Assembly: GCA_965213925.1 (NCBI GenBank)
Contig: OZ243927.1
Location: forward strand, 4,064,001 to 4,128,000
From: Trueperaceae bacterium
GTDB lineage: Bacteria; Deinococcota; Deinococci; Deinococcales; Trueperaceae
DNA: 64,000 nucleotides
Direction of reading: 5' to 3'
Shown here piece by piece: positions 34,958 through 45,253 of the stretch. The notes beneath the pieces were generated by a model that worked only from the letters and a program-made list of their open reading frames with translations, was not told the origin of the DNA and ran no database searches. Each line of letters begins with the position of its first letter. The stretch's first letter is position 1. The position numbers and the translations under genes are program-made.

Positions 34958-37368
34958 CAACGAACGCGACAGTAAAGGAAATCTTCGACACGATGGACTA
35001 CGGACCCGCACCCGAAAGCAGCGACACGGCGAACGCTTGGTTAGAGCGCTTTAAGCGCGCCTTCGACCTCTTCATCGGCGGCAAGTTCGTCAAGCCGCGC
35101 TCGGGCGGGCGCTTCGACACGGTGAACCCGGCGAACGCTGAGGTGATTGCGAGCGTCGCACAGGCGGGCGAGAAGGACGTGGACGCGGCGGTCAAGGCGG
35201 CGCGAAAGGCGCAGGGCGAGTGGGCGAAGCTCTCGGGTCATGCGCGGGCAAGGTATTTGTATGCCATTGCGCGGCAGGTGCAGAAACACTCGAGGCTCTT
35301 CTCCGTGTTGGAAACGCTGGATAACGGCAAGCCGCTTCGGGAGACGAGGGATATCGACATACCTCTCGTGGCACGTCACTTCTACCACCACGCGGGCTGG
35401 GCGCAGCTTATGGAAGCTGAACTGCCAGGATACGAGCCCGTAGGCGTCTGCGGGCAGATTATTCCTTGGAACTTTCCGCTTTTGATGCTTTCCTGGAAAG
35501 TTGCACCTGCATTGGCGATGGGCAACACCGTCGTCCTCAAACCTGCCGAATTCACGCCGCTCACGGCGCTGCTGTTTGCTGAAGTGTGCCAAGAGGTCGG
35601 CTTGCCGCCGGGCGTCGTCAACATCGTCACGGGGGATGGGGCGACGGGCGAGCTGATTGTCGGACACACGGATGTGGATAAGATTGCCTTTACCGGCTCC
35701 ACCGAAGTCGGGCGCATCATCCGCGAGAAGACGGCGGGGAGTGGGAAGAAGTTAAGCCTCGAGCTAGGCGGCAAATCTCCTTTTGTCGTGTTCGATGATG
35801 CCGACTTAGACAGCGCTGTCGAAGGCGTCGTGGACGCGATTTGGTTCAACCAAGGACAAGTGTGTTGTGCGGGCTCTCGCCTGCTCGTGCAGGAAAGCGT
35901 AGCGGATAAACTTACGGAAAAGTTGAAAGCGCGGCTCGAGACCCTGCGCGTCGGCGATCCCTTGGATAAAGCGGTAGACATGGGCGCGATTATTGCGCCG
36001 GTGCAACTGCAAAAGATTGAGCAGCTTGTCGAGCAGGGTAAGGCGGAAGGGACAACCTGTCATCAACCCTCCTGGGCGGTGCCGCAAGAGGGATATTTCT
36101 ATCCGCCGACGCTCTTTACCGATGTCGAGCCCGCTTCAGCGCTCGCCCAAGTCGAAATCTTCGGACCCGTCATCGCTCAAATGTCCTTTCGCACGCCTGC
36201 CGAAGCGGTCGAACTCGCCAACAACACGCGCTACGGCTTAGCGGCGTCGGTCTGGACGGAGAACCTCAACCTCGCATTGGACGTTGCGCCGAAGATCAAA
36301 GCGGGCGTGGTGTGGGTGAACTGCACGAATCAGTTCGACGCGGCGGCGGGCTTCGGCGGCTACCGCGAGAGCGGCTTTGGGCGTGAAGGAGGGAAAGAGG
36401 GGCTTTTTGAGTACGTTGTGCCGAGTTGGGAGAAGAAGTTGCCTCTTTACAAGGAGTCGGAAGTTAGAAGTGAGAAGTTAGAAGAAAAACCTCTGGGCGG
36501 CTCCACCAACTTCGGTTTACCCAGTATTGACCGTACCGCGAAGATGTACATCGGCGGCAAGCAGTCGCGGCCTGATTCGGGCTATAGTTACCCGGTTTTA
36601 GGCGCGGACGGCTCGCTTTTAGCAGAGGTCGGGCAAGGCAATCGCAAGGACGTTCGTAATGCGGTGGAGGCGGCGCGCAAAGCCTCAGGATGGAGCAGAG
36701 CCACGGCGCACAACCGCGCTCAAGTCCTTTACTACTTGGCGGAGAATCTAGCAGCGCGCGCCCCAGAGTTCGAAGCGCGACTGGGCGCGATAACGGGCGA
36801 AAGGCGCAAAGGCGCGGCGCAAGAGGTCGAAATATCTATTCAGCGCATCTTCACCTACGCGGCGTGGGCGGATAAATATGACGGCGCGGTTCACGGTGTA
36901 CCCGCGCGCAACGTCACGCTGGCGATGAACGAGCCTCTAGGCATCCTAGGCGTCCTCTGCCCCGACGAAGCGCCCCTTTTAGCCTTTATCTCTTTAGTCA
37001 TCCCAGCCGTCGCGATGGGCAACCGCGTCGTCGTCGTTCCCTCACCGCGCTACCCGCTCGCCGCTACGGACCTCTACCAAGTTTTGGATACCTCGGACGT
37101 GCCCGGCGGTGTTATCAACATCGTCACAGGTGAGCGGGACGCGCTCGCAAAGACGTTAGCGGAGCATGATGAGGTGGCGGGGCTTTGGTACGTGGGCTCG
37201 GCGGCGGGCGGCGAAGAGGTCGAAAGAGCCTCGGCGGGCAACCTCAAACAGACCTGGAGCAATAACGGCAAAAAGCGGAACTGGTCGGACGCGACTCAGG
37301 GCGAAGGTTCCGAATTCTTGCGCCGGGCGGTGCAAGTCAAGAATATTTGGGTGCCGTACGGCGAATAG
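34954..37368 (+). CDS. Two-domain aldehyde dehydrogenase (ALDH16-like)
   Basis: PWNFP, FTGSTEVG, LELGGKS, NQGQVCCAG, EIFGP, followed by a second truncated ALDH domain. Confidence 0.92.
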   Translation: MTTNATVKEIFDTMDYGPAPESSDTANAWLERFKRAFDLFIGGKFVKPRSGGRFDTVNPANAEVIASVAQAGEKDVDAAVKAARKAQGEWAKLSGHARARYLYAIARQVQKHSRLFSVLETLDNGKPLRETRDIDIPLVARHFYHHAGWAQLMEAELPGYEPVGVCGQIIPWNFPLLMLSWKVAPALAMGNTVVLKPAEFTPLTALLFAEVCQEVGLPPGVVNIVTGDGATGELIVGHTDVDKIAFTGSTEVGRIIREKTAGSGKKLSLELGGKSPFVVFDDADLDSAVEGVVDAIWFNQGQVCCAGSRLLVQESVADKLTEKLKARLETLRVGDPLDKAVDMGAIIAPVQLQKIEQLVEQGKAEGTTCHQPSWAVPQEGYFYPPTLFTDVEPASALAQVEIFGPVIAQMSFRTPAEAVELANNTRYGLAASVWTENLNLALDVAPKIKAGVVWVNCTNQFDAAAGFGGYRESGFGREGGKEGLFEYVVPSWEKKLPLYKESEVRSEKLEEKPLGGSTNFGLPSIDRTAKMYIGGKQSRPDSGYSYPVLGADGSLLAEVGQGNRKDVRNAVEAARKASGWSRATAHNRAQVLYYLAENLAARAPEFEARLGAITGERRKGAAQEVEISIQRIFTYAAWADKYDGAVHGVPARNVTLAMNEPLGILGVLCPDEAPLLAFISLVIPAVAMGNRVVVVPSPRYPLAATDLYQVLDTSDVPGGVINIVTGERDALAKTLAEHDEVAGLWYVGSAAGGEEVERASAGNLKQTWSNNGKKRNWSDATQGEGSEFLRRAVQVKNIWVPYGE

Positions 37369-37374
37369 TATGCA

Positions 37375-37512
37375 ATAGCAGGTATCGTCTGATTTGAAGC
37401 ACTCTCACGGCATAAAACATTGTTTAGCACGCACGTTCGGGAATGAGGTTCCGTTCTCAAGCTCTGCGAGCTGAAATCTGCGCTCATCTATCTCAGTATC
37501 TCGCGGAACCAC
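37375..37512 (-). repeat. Dispersed repeat family A, copy 5
   Basis: Reverse complement: GGTTCC..ATACTGAGA..AACGGAACCTCAT..GTGCGTGCT..TCAAATCAGACGATACCTGCTAT. Confidence 0.8.
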
Positions 37513-37692
37513 TTTAAGTACGTGTGTACTGAGTACAGACTTGCCTCGTAGACGGTGCTTTTGCCTCTACAACTCTCATTTTTGCACTCTCATGAAGTGA
37601 AAATGAATACTGTTGTACTACTTTTTGCGCGCTACATCACATGTGTATGATAGGCTTCCGTATACACTGACATAACGATTGGAGCCTACTTC

Positions 37693-38331
37693 ATGTTGAA
37701 AACAGACAAGAGCAACTTCTTCGGTGTTATGGCAGAAGCGCAGCGGCAGTGGTGGGAGAATTGGTTCGCCTTTGCGCAGGGTGCGAGCGAGAGCAACATG
37801 CGCTTCATTCAGCAGTCCACGCAGTCCGCACTGGACGCGCAGCGGGCGTTTTACCCCGCCATGCCTAAAGCGCCCGAGCACCTCGACACGTTCGGCTCGC
37901 AGATGCTCGTGGACCCGGTCAAGCTCGAGCTAGGTGCGTCTGCCTCTCTGACCAAAACCGTTACCGATGACGACGTGGTGGCGTTTGCGGAAGTCTCTGG
38001 CGACAGAAACCCCGTTCACCTAGACGACGCCTACGCTGCGCAGACCCGCTTCGGCGAGCGCATCGCCCACGGAATGCTCTCGGCAGGCTTTATCTCGGCA
38101 GTTTTAGGGACGAAGCTTCCCGGACCGGGCGCTGTGTACCTCTCGCAAACGCTGAAGTTCCGCGCGCCTGTCACCATCGGCGACGAGATTACGGCGACAG
38201 CGACGGTGGTGAGCGTCAAAGAAGGTAAGCCTATTTTCACCTTAGAGACCGTCTGTACGAACCAGAATGGCGAAAAAGTCTTAGAGGGTGAAGCGGTCAT
38301 CCTTTTTGACCCAGTGATCCCGCAAGCTTAA
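37693..38331 (+). CDS. MaoC/PhaJ-like (R)-enoyl-CoA hydratase with N-terminal extension
   Basis: FAEVSGDRNPVHLD..IAHGML..LPGPG. Confidence 0.88.
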   Translation: MLKTDKSNFFGVMAEAQRQWWENWFAFAQGASESNMRFIQQSTQSALDAQRAFYPAMPKAPEHLDTFGSQMLVDPVKLELGASASLTKTVTDDDVVAFAEVSGDRNPVHLDDAYAAQTRFGERIAHGMLSAGFISAVLGTKLPGPGAVYLSQTLKFRAPVTIGDEITATATVVSVKEGKPIFTLETVCTNQNGEKVLEGEAVILFDPVIPQA

Positions 38332-38347
38332 CGTTTTAACAGCGACT

Positions 38348-38388
38348 AAGAAAGCCTCTTCAGCACCACACTGAAGAGGCTTTCTTTT
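38348..38388. terminator. Bidirectional intrinsic terminator
   Basis: AAGAAAGCCTCTTCAG-loop-CTGAAGAGGCTTTCTT between convergent genes. Confidence 0.85.
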
Positions 38389-38433
38389 ACCCAAATGATC
38401 CTGTTTCTAAGGACGGTTCAAGGCGAACTGAGG

Positions 38434-41430
38434 TCAATCTGCCGCCTCTTGCGGCTGCTCCTCTAACGCTTCTGCCATCAACTCCGCGATGTGCTTCGAG
38501 CGCTTACCCGTCCCGTCTTTAATCTGATGCCGACAACTGAACCCGCACGCCGCCACCTCGCCCTCGTGATGGCGCACCGCCGGGAAGAGCCGCTGCTCGC
38601 CGATTTGCATGGATACGTCAAAGTGGTTGTAGCCGAACGAGCCCGCCATGCCGCAGCAGCCTGAGTCCACCTCGTGCACATTCTCAGAGAGCCACTCTAA
38701 GACAGACTTGCTGGCACTCGAGCCGATGACCGCCTTTTGCTGGCAGTGGGCGTGCAGCATGATGGGCGTGCCGTTTTTGTGAAAGGCTTTCTGGGGCTCG
38801 AGCTTGCCCTTTGTCCACTCTTTCGCCAAGAATTCATCCAACATCTTGACATTATCGCCAACCGCGTCGGTATCTTCACCCGGAATGAGGTCGCGGTAGT
38901 CGTCGCTAAACGCCGTGACGCACGAAGGCTCTAAGCCGACGACGGGTACATCTCTATCCACGTAAGGTCTAAGCGCCGCCACGTTCTTCTTCGCTAACTT
39001 CTTCGCGTCGCGCAAGAGCCCCTTGGAGAGTTGTGGGCGTCCGCAGCAGCCGTAGCTCACGTGCTCGACGTTATAGCCAAGCGTTTCTAAAACTTTTGTC
39101 GCCGCCACGCCGACTTCGGGCTCGTTATACATCGTCCAGGTGTCGGCGAAGAGCGCGACGGTAGGTCTCTCTTCGCCCTCTAAATTTTTCGCCGCCTCGG
39201 ATAACCCGTTCCGGTTCCGCTTGACCCACTGGTGAAAGGATTCGTGTGCGTACTCGGGCATCACGCGGCGCTTGTCCACGCCCACCGTTTTCTCCGCCAA
39301 CCAACGCACCGGCTTGAGGGGCAGCATCGCGTTGGCAATGGGCGCTAGGGCGCGTCCGATCGGCGCAACCGTCGCAGCGTTACCCAACGCTCGCGCCGCG
39401 ACGGGTGTGCCGTGCTCGTCGTAGTAATGCTGCAAAAACTCGTACTTGATCTTTGCCATGTCCACCTGGCTCGGGCACTCTGACTTGCAGGCTTTACAGC
39501 TCAAACAGAGGTCCAAAGCGTCGTAGACCTCTTGACTTGCCAGACCGCCCGAAAGCCGCCCGTTCATCGCGTCGCGCAACAAGTTGGCGCGTCCGCGCGT
39601 GGAGTGGTCCTCGTCGCGCGTGACCATGAACGACGGGCACATCGTCCCCGTGGTGGTCTTGCGGCAGTGCCCGACGCCCGTGCACGCTTCGATCGCGCCC
39701 ATGAAACCACCGTCCGAGGAGAAGTCGAAGTGCGTATCTACCTGTTGCACGTTGTAGGGCGTGCCGTAGCGCAGGTTCTCCGTCATCGGCGGCGCGTCGA
39801 CAATTTTGCCAGGGTTCATGAGGTTGTTCGGGTCGAAGGCGCGTTTGATGTTGCGGAAGTCCTCGTACAAGGTCTCGCCGAAGAGGTTTTTGTTCTGATA
39901 CGAGCGGATGAGCCCGTCGCCGTGTTCACCGGACCAGGAGCCGCCGTACTTTTTAACCAACTCGAAGGTCTCTTCGCTGATCTTTTGGAACGTCTCGATG
40001 CCCTCGTCCGTCTTGAGGTCTAAGTGCGGTCTGATGTGGATGACGCCCACCGATGCGTGCGCGTAGATGACCGCTTTCACGTCGTACTTCTCGCAGACCG
40101 CCAAGACCTCGGGGATGTAGTCAGCGAGGTGTTCGACGGGGATGGAGGAGTCCTCGATGAAAGGCGTCGGCTTGTGGCGTCCCTTGACGGTGGCGTAGAT
40201 GCCTAAGCCGCCTTTGCGGAACTCCCAAGCGTTCTTCTGCTCCTCGTGCCCGTAAGCGACGTGGGTGTGGTAGACGAGGTCTTTGACGTTGGGGTCGTCC
40301 TCTAAGCCCTCGACGCCTTTCAGCATCTCCTCCTCGGTCTGACCGTCGAACTCCACCATCAAGACGGCGGCGGGCTCGCCCTCGAGCCACCCCAACAGCG
40401 GTCTCAGCGCCGGGTTTTGCTTGCCCAACTCAAAGAGGTGATCATCCAAGATTTCCACCGCAGCCGGGTTGTGTTTGTTGATGTGTTGCACCGCGCTGAG
40501 CGCGTTGACGAGCGAGTCGAAATGCAGGAGCGCTAAGCACTTGTGTTTGGGGTTGGGCTCGAGCTGAATCGTCACGTCCAAGATGATGGCGAGCGTGCCT
40601 TCCGAGCCTGCGACGAGCTTGGCGAGGTTGAAGGGCTGACCTTCGGTGAACTCGTCCAAGTTATAGCCGCCGACGCGCCGCATCACCTTGGGGAAACGCT
40701 CTTTGATGAGGTCTTTGTGCTCGGTCACGACGTGATGGACAGTGCGGTAGATGTCACCTTCGACGCCGTCTAAGGACTTTTTGGTCTCGAGTTCGTCCGC
40801 CGAGACCTCTTTAATCTCCGTGATCGTCCCGTCCGCGAGCATGACCGTCATCGCGATGGTCGCGTCCACCGACTTGCCGTACTTGATGCTCCTCGTCCCC
40901 GCCGAGTTGTTCGCCACCATGCCGCCGATGTTCGAGCGCGAGGTCGTCGACACGTCGGGCGTGAACTGCAAGTTGTCCGAGGCGATCGCCGTGTTGAGGT
41001 TGTCGCGAATCACACCCGGCTGCACCTTGACCCAGCGCTCCTCGGGGTTGTACTCCAAGACCTTGTCCATGTACTTGGAAAAGTCGATGACGATGGCTTC
41101 ACCCACCGTCTGCCCCGCTAAGCTCGTGCCGCCGCCGCGCGGCAAAACAGGCAAGCCGTACTGATTTGCCACTTCGACGACGTGCTTGACATCTTCAACC
41201 GTTTTCGGCAGCACGACGCCATGCGGTTTAATTTCGTAGGGGCTGGCGTCCGTTGCCCAGAGGATGCGCGCAGCTTCGTCGAAGCGCACCTCACCCTCGA
41301 CTTTCCACTTGAGTTCGTTCTCGACTTTGCGCAAGAGGTCGGGGTCAGCAGGGGGTGGCGTGCCAGAAGCGCTGTTTACGTTGTACGCCGAGTTATACGG
41401 GGGTTCGGACTTAACGGCAGTGTCACTCAT
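38434..41430 (-). CDS. FAD-binding and Fe-S-binding oxidoreductase (YdiJ/GlcD-GlcF-like)
   Basis: PRGGGTSLAGQ, GSEGTL, GEHGDG, CLSCKACKSECP, CCG motifs. Confidence 0.92.
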   Translation of the reverse strand: MSDTAVKSEPPYNSAYNVNSASGTPPPADPDLLRKVENELKWKVEGEVRFDEAARILWATDASPYEIKPHGVVLPKTVEDVKHVVEVANQYGLPVLPRGGGTSLAGQTVGEAIVIDFSKYMDKVLEYNPEERWVKVQPGVIRDNLNTAIASDNLQFTPDVSTTSRSNIGGMVANNSAGTRSIKYGKSVDATIAMTVMLADGTITEIKEVSADELETKKSLDGVEGDIYRTVHHVVTEHKDLIKERFPKVMRRVGGYNLDEFTEGQPFNLAKLVAGSEGTLAIILDVTIQLEPNPKHKCLALLHFDSLVNALSAVQHINKHNPAAVEILDDHLFELGKQNPALRPLLGWLEGEPAAVLMVEFDGQTEEEMLKGVEGLEDDPNVKDLVYHTHVAYGHEEQKNAWEFRKGGLGIYATVKGRHKPTPFIEDSSIPVEHLADYIPEVLAVCEKYDVKAVIYAHASVGVIHIRPHLDLKTDEGIETFQKISEETFELVKKYGGSWSGEHGDGLIRSYQNKNLFGETLYEDFRNIKRAFDPNNLMNPGKIVDAPPMTENLRYGTPYNVQQVDTHFDFSSDGGFMGAIEACTGVGHCRKTTTGTMCPSFMVTRDEDHSTRGRANLLRDAMNGRLSGGLASQEVYDALDLCLSCKACKSECPSQVDMAKIKYEFLQHYYDEHGTPVAARALGNAATVAPIGRALAPIANAMLPLKPVRWLAEKTVGVDKRRVMPEYAHESFHQWVKRNRNGLSEAAKNLEGEERPTVALFADTWTMYNEPEVGVAATKVLETLGYNVEHVSYGCCGRPQLSKGLLRDAKKLAKKNVAALRPYVDRDVPVVGLEPSCVTAFSDDYRDLIPGEDTDAVGDNVKMLDEFLAKEWTKGKLEPQKAFHKNGTPIMLHAHCQQKAVIGSSASKSVLEWLSENVHEVDSGCCGMAGSFGYNHFDVSMQIGEQRLFPAVRHHEGEVAACGFSCRHQIKDGTGKRSKHIAELMAEALEEQPQEAAD

Positions 41431-41634
41431 GCTTCATTATGGCATATTTAAGAGGTGGGAAAAAGCGATTGGAGGGCACGAAGTCGGGGTTTGAACCTCT
41501 TTATGGGGTCTTTTGCGACATTCTGCGCTTACGTCTCATTCATTCTATGTTGCAGCGGTTTGCATGTCTTATGGTCTTTCTTTTGCAACCTCTTATCTTT
41601 ATTACTCGAGCCTCAACAGCTACAGAGACAAATC

Positions 41635-41668
41635 TAAAGTTGACTTTAAGTTTACATACTTGTATAGT
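41635..41668 (+). promoter_or_regulatory. Promoter TTGACT-N17-TATAGT with dyad TAAAGT-TG-ACTTTA (MerR-type operator)
   Basis: Dyad at 41635-41648 overlaps the -35; the -10 is 6 nt before the ATG. Confidence 0.6.
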
Positions 41669-41674
41669 GTGTTC

Positions 41675-42070
41675 ATGCCTGACCTCATGCGCATCGGCGA
41701 ACTTGCCGAGCGCACCCATACCCCACCCGAAACGATTCGCTACTACGAACGGTTGAAGCTGTTGGGACCAACCCAGCGCGAAGGGAAAGGTCATCGCCAC
41801 TACGATGAGGTCGCCGTCAGACGCCTCAATAAGATCAGCTTCTTGAAACAGCTTGGGCTTTCGCTAGAGGAGATCGGCGAGGTGATTGACCTCTATTTTG
41901 AAGACGCACAGGGGCTTAGAGGTAAAAAGCGTGTGCTGGACATTCTCAGGGAGCATCGGCAAGGGGCGACGCAAAAGCTCAGCGCACTTCAGGCGTTTGT
42001 TGACGAACTGGACGAAAACATCGAGCGCACCGAAAGGTTGGTGGAAAACTTGGAACATCGCAGCGAGTAA
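41675..42070 (+). CDS. MerR family transcriptional regulator
   Basis: MRIGELA..TIRYYERLKLL..GHRHY..LGLSLEEI. Confidence 0.92.
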   Translation: MPDLMRIGELAERTHTPPETIRYYERLKLLGPTQREGKGHRHYDEVAVRRLNKISFLKQLGLSLEEIGEVIDLYFEDAQGLRGKKRVLDILREHRQGATQKLSALQAFVDELDENIERTERLVENLEHRSE

Positions 42071-42128
42071 GACTATTTTTTTACTACAAAACTAAAGCTA
42101 ACTCCAAGTTTAATTGAGAGAGGTCAAG

Positions 42129-43043
42129 ATGAACGTTCTACTTACAGGCGCGACGGGCTACATCGGTCAGAGGGTGGCGGCGAAGCTAAGGGGGCATGGG
42201 CATAGTGTTAGCGGATTTGTGCGCAGTGAAGCGCAGAGAGTAGAACTCGAGCATCAAGGACTCAACGCGGTGGTCGGAACATTAGAGGAACCCACCACGC
42301 TCGTTGACGCCGCTAAACGGGCAGACGCAGTCATCCACACGGCGTTCAATCATGCAGGTGACTTTTTCGAAAGCGTTCGAGTCGAGCAAAACGCGCTAGA
42401 CGCGCTCCTCACGGCGCTTGACGGGTCGGGCAAAACGCTCATCGCAACCTCAGCGGCGGGCGTGCTCGGCGATACGGGTGATGCTCCTGCCGATGAAGAT
42501 ATGCCGCTACCAGATGAAGAGGCGTGGGCTGTGGCTAAGCGCGGGAGGCTCGAGGCTAATCTCAAAGCAGCGACGGACCTTCGCACAGTCGTTTTACGTT
42601 TGCCGGTTCTGGTTTACGGAAGGGGCTCGAGTCAATTTCCGCCCATGCTGATTCAAACAGCTAAAGAGACGGGTACGGCTTACTACGTCGGCGAAGGGAC
42701 GAACAAAATCAGCGCGGCGCACGTGGACGACATCGCAGAACTGTACATGCTCGCGTTGGAGAAAGCTCCGTCAGGCTCGCTCTACAACGTTGCAGCGGGT
42801 GATCCTGTTCAACCGAAAGCGCTGGCGGGAGCGGTTAAAGATGCGGCGGCTGTGGGTGGAACGGCAAGTCTAAGTCAAGCAGAAGCGGGTGAGGTCTGGA
42901 ATCCATTCTTAGCGCTGCTGCTCTCACTGAACTTTTGGATGTCGAGCGAAAAAGCGAAGCGTGAACTCGGTTGGATGCCTGAATGTCCCAGTTTGCTCGA
43001 TGACCTCCGTATAGGTTCCTATAGAAGTTCGGACAACGCTTAA
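42129..43043 (+). CDS. NAD-dependent epimerase/dehydratase (extended SDR)
   Basis: LTGATGYIG, VIHTAF, HVDDIA. Confidence 0.88.
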   Translation: MNVLLTGATGYIGQRVAAKLRGHGHSVSGFVRSEAQRVELEHQGLNAVVGTLEEPTTLVDAAKRADAVIHTAFNHAGDFFESVRVEQNALDALLTALDGSGKTLIATSAAGVLGDTGDAPADEDMPLPDEEAWAVAKRGRLEANLKAATDLRTVVLRLPVLVYGRGSSQFPPMLIQTAKETGTAYYVGEGTNKISAAHVDDIAELYMLALEKAPSGSLYNVAAGDPVQPKALAGAVKDAAAVGGTASLSQAEAGEVWNPFLALLLSLNFWMSSEKAKRELGWMPECPSLLDDLRIGSYRSSDNA

Positions 43044-45253
43044 TTGCCAAAAAGCGTCGTCACCGTCCGCGCAAACGAATCCTCATCTAAAGCGCGGTAA
43101 GCGTTGATAAAAGTTTGTAACTTGTAGTGCTCCATCAAGCCTTTAAGCAGCGTGTCCGAACTGTAGGGGTCGCGCTTTTGCCCTGCCAACACGCGCCCCT
43201 TACCGTCTAAAAGCTCTAACTCCGTCAAGCAGGTGCGGCACAGCTCGCCCTTTTTACCGCCAAAGGGAATGCAGTTCTGCCGCTGCAAGCCGACAAAGGC
43301 GCGGCGCAAGTCGAGGACCGAGGGGAAGAGGGGGAGGAAGTTCTCGAGCCTCACCAGTTCCACTTCGGAAAGAACGAAGTAGAGGTGCGCGTCCGAATTG
43401 ACGAGCGTTTCCACCGGGCGCAAGAGGTCGAGCGGTCGGTCTTGCTCCAAGGGCAGCGTGCGGAGGAAGAGGTGCGCGGGTATCTCTTGTCCGGGCTGCC
43501 AATCTTCACGGTTTCGGTTCACATCACGGTTTGGCGTCCCCTTATGAATACGAGACGGTTCCACTTCATCAAGACTTGTCTCACCAAAACTGAGCGGCGT
43601 AGCCACGCGGACCTCTTCAGCGACGAACTCCACAGATTTGCGCCCTTGCCACTCGTTTTCGCGTAAGCTAGCGACTGCGTTGACTGTAGGCTTACCTGCT
43701 AACTCTCGAGCCTCTTCCCCTTTGTTCCAAGAGATGCCCTTAACGCCGCCGACACGCAGTTGCAGGTGCTTGCCGGACTGCCCCACACCTCGCGCCATAT
43801 CGAGCGAACCTGTCAGCGCAAAGAGGGGTGAAGGGTGCCCTTGTCCGTAGGGTTCTAAGCCGTTGATGGCAGCCAAGAGGTCAGCGTCTACTTGCGCGGG
43901 GTCTAAAAGCGCGTCGGCGACGACTTCGGGTTGAGGGGGTGGATGCTTGGCGACGTACTCCAAGACCTTTTCCTTGAACGCGCCAATGTTCCCGTCACGT
44001 ATCGCGAAGCCCGCCGCCTGCGAGTGACCGCCAAAGCGCTCCAAGGTCTCTGCCGCGTAGTGCAGCCCCTCCACCGCCGAAATGTCCCGCGTCGAACGCA
44101 CCGAGCCTTTGCCCTTAGCGATGATAAAGACGGGTTTGTAAAAACGTTCCAGAAGTTTGCTCGCCACGATGCCCATCACGCCGGGGTGCCAACCGAGGTC
44201 ATCCAAAATGAGTGCGGGCGCACTAGGGTCGGCTTTCTCCAACGCTTCCGCCAGCATCGCGTCTTGCACCTTGCGGCGGTCGTTGTTGCGGGCGTCTAAG
44301 TACGCGGCTAACTCCTTCGCGCGGCGCTCCGAAGGGGTGATGAGCAGCTCGAGCCCCAAATCCGCCTCACCCAAGCGCCCGGCAGCGTTGAGGCGCGGAG
44401 CGATGCCGAACGCGACATCTCGCGCCGTCGGATTGCCCGAGTTGAGCGCCCGTGCGAGCACCGCTCTTAGCCCGTGCCACCTCGAGTCTTTTAGCTTCTC
44501 GAGCCCCTCGTTCACCAACGCTCGGTTCTCCCCCAACAGGGGCGCAACGTCGGCGATGGTGCCGATGGCGGCTAAATCGCTATAGTCGGTGGGCGCTTCT
44601 AAGCCCAACCGCTCGTGCAGCGCCCACAGGAGGTGATACGCGACGCCTGCCCCAGTAAGTTCGGGTAGTCCTTTTTTCGCGGAGGGCGAGAGCGACGGAT
44701 GGACAACGAGACATCCCGGCGTCTCCTGCCCCGGATGGTGGTGGTCGGTGACGATGACCTCGACGCCTCTTGCTTGTAGGTCTGCAACCTCTTGCAAATT
44801 GCTGATGCCGCAGTCCACCGTTACGAAGAGGTCCGCGCGTTCGGCGTGCTCCCCGACGCGCTGCGGCGCGATGCCGTAGCCGTCCGTAAGGCGGTTGGGG
44901 ATAAAGGGCGTGACATTGCCGCCGAGTGCCCGTAAGCCCAATGTCAAAACGGACGTGCCGCTGATGCCGTCGGCGTCGTAGTCGCCGTGGATGAGGATGC
45001 GGCGTTTATTCTTTAGGGCGTGCTCGAGCCTCTGCGCCGCCTCGTTCAGTTCAGGAATCGGCGTGAGCGCTAAAGGCGGCTGGAGCCAAGAGGTCGAAGC
45101 GTCTCTAAACCCTCTCGCGTAGAGGATGCTGGCGAGTAAAGGAGGAACGCGGAGGTCTTTGGAGAGTTGCGCAACCTCTCCCGGCGGCGCGGCCGGGCGC
45201 ACCGTCCAGCGTGTTACCAGGGGTGTAATGTCCTGCGGAAGTGTAGCGTCCAT
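43040..45253 (-). CDS. recJ: Single-stranded DNA exonuclease RecJ (Deinococcus/Thermus type with C-terminal domain)
   Basis: GDYDADG, TVDCG, TDHH, PRLNAAGR, FGGHSQAAG. Confidence 0.95.
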   Translation of the reverse strand: MDATLPQDITPLVTRWTVRPAAPPGEVAQLSKDLRVPPLLASILYARGFRDASTSWLQPPLALTPIPELNEAAQRLEHALKNKRRILIHGDYDADGISGTSVLTLGLRALGGNVTPFIPNRLTDGYGIAPQRVGEHAERADLFVTVDCGISNLQEVADLQARGVEVIVTDHHHPGQETPGCLVVHPSLSPSAKKGLPELTGAGVAYHLLWALHERLGLEAPTDYSDLAAIGTIADVAPLLGENRALVNEGLEKLKDSRWHGLRAVLARALNSGNPTARDVAFGIAPRLNAAGRLGEADLGLELLITPSERRAKELAAYLDARNNDRRKVQDAMLAEALEKADPSAPALILDDLGWHPGVMGIVASKLLERFYKPVFIIAKGKGSVRSTRDISAVEGLHYAAETLERFGGHSQAAGFAIRDGNIGAFKEKVLEYVAKHPPPQPEVVADALLDPAQVDADLLAAINGLEPYGQGHPSPLFALTGSLDMARGVGQSGKHLQLRVGGVKGISWNKGEEARELAGKPTVNAVASLRENEWQGRKSVEFVAEEVRVATPLSFGETSLDEVEPSRIHKGTPNRDVNRNREDWQPGQEIPAHLFLRTLPLEQDRPLDLLRPVETLVNSDAHLYFVLSEVELVRLENFLPLFPSVLDLRRAFVGLQRQNCIPFGGKKGELCRTCLTELELLDGKGRVLAGQKRDPYSSDTLLKGLMEHYKLQTFINAYRALDEDSFARTVTTLFGN

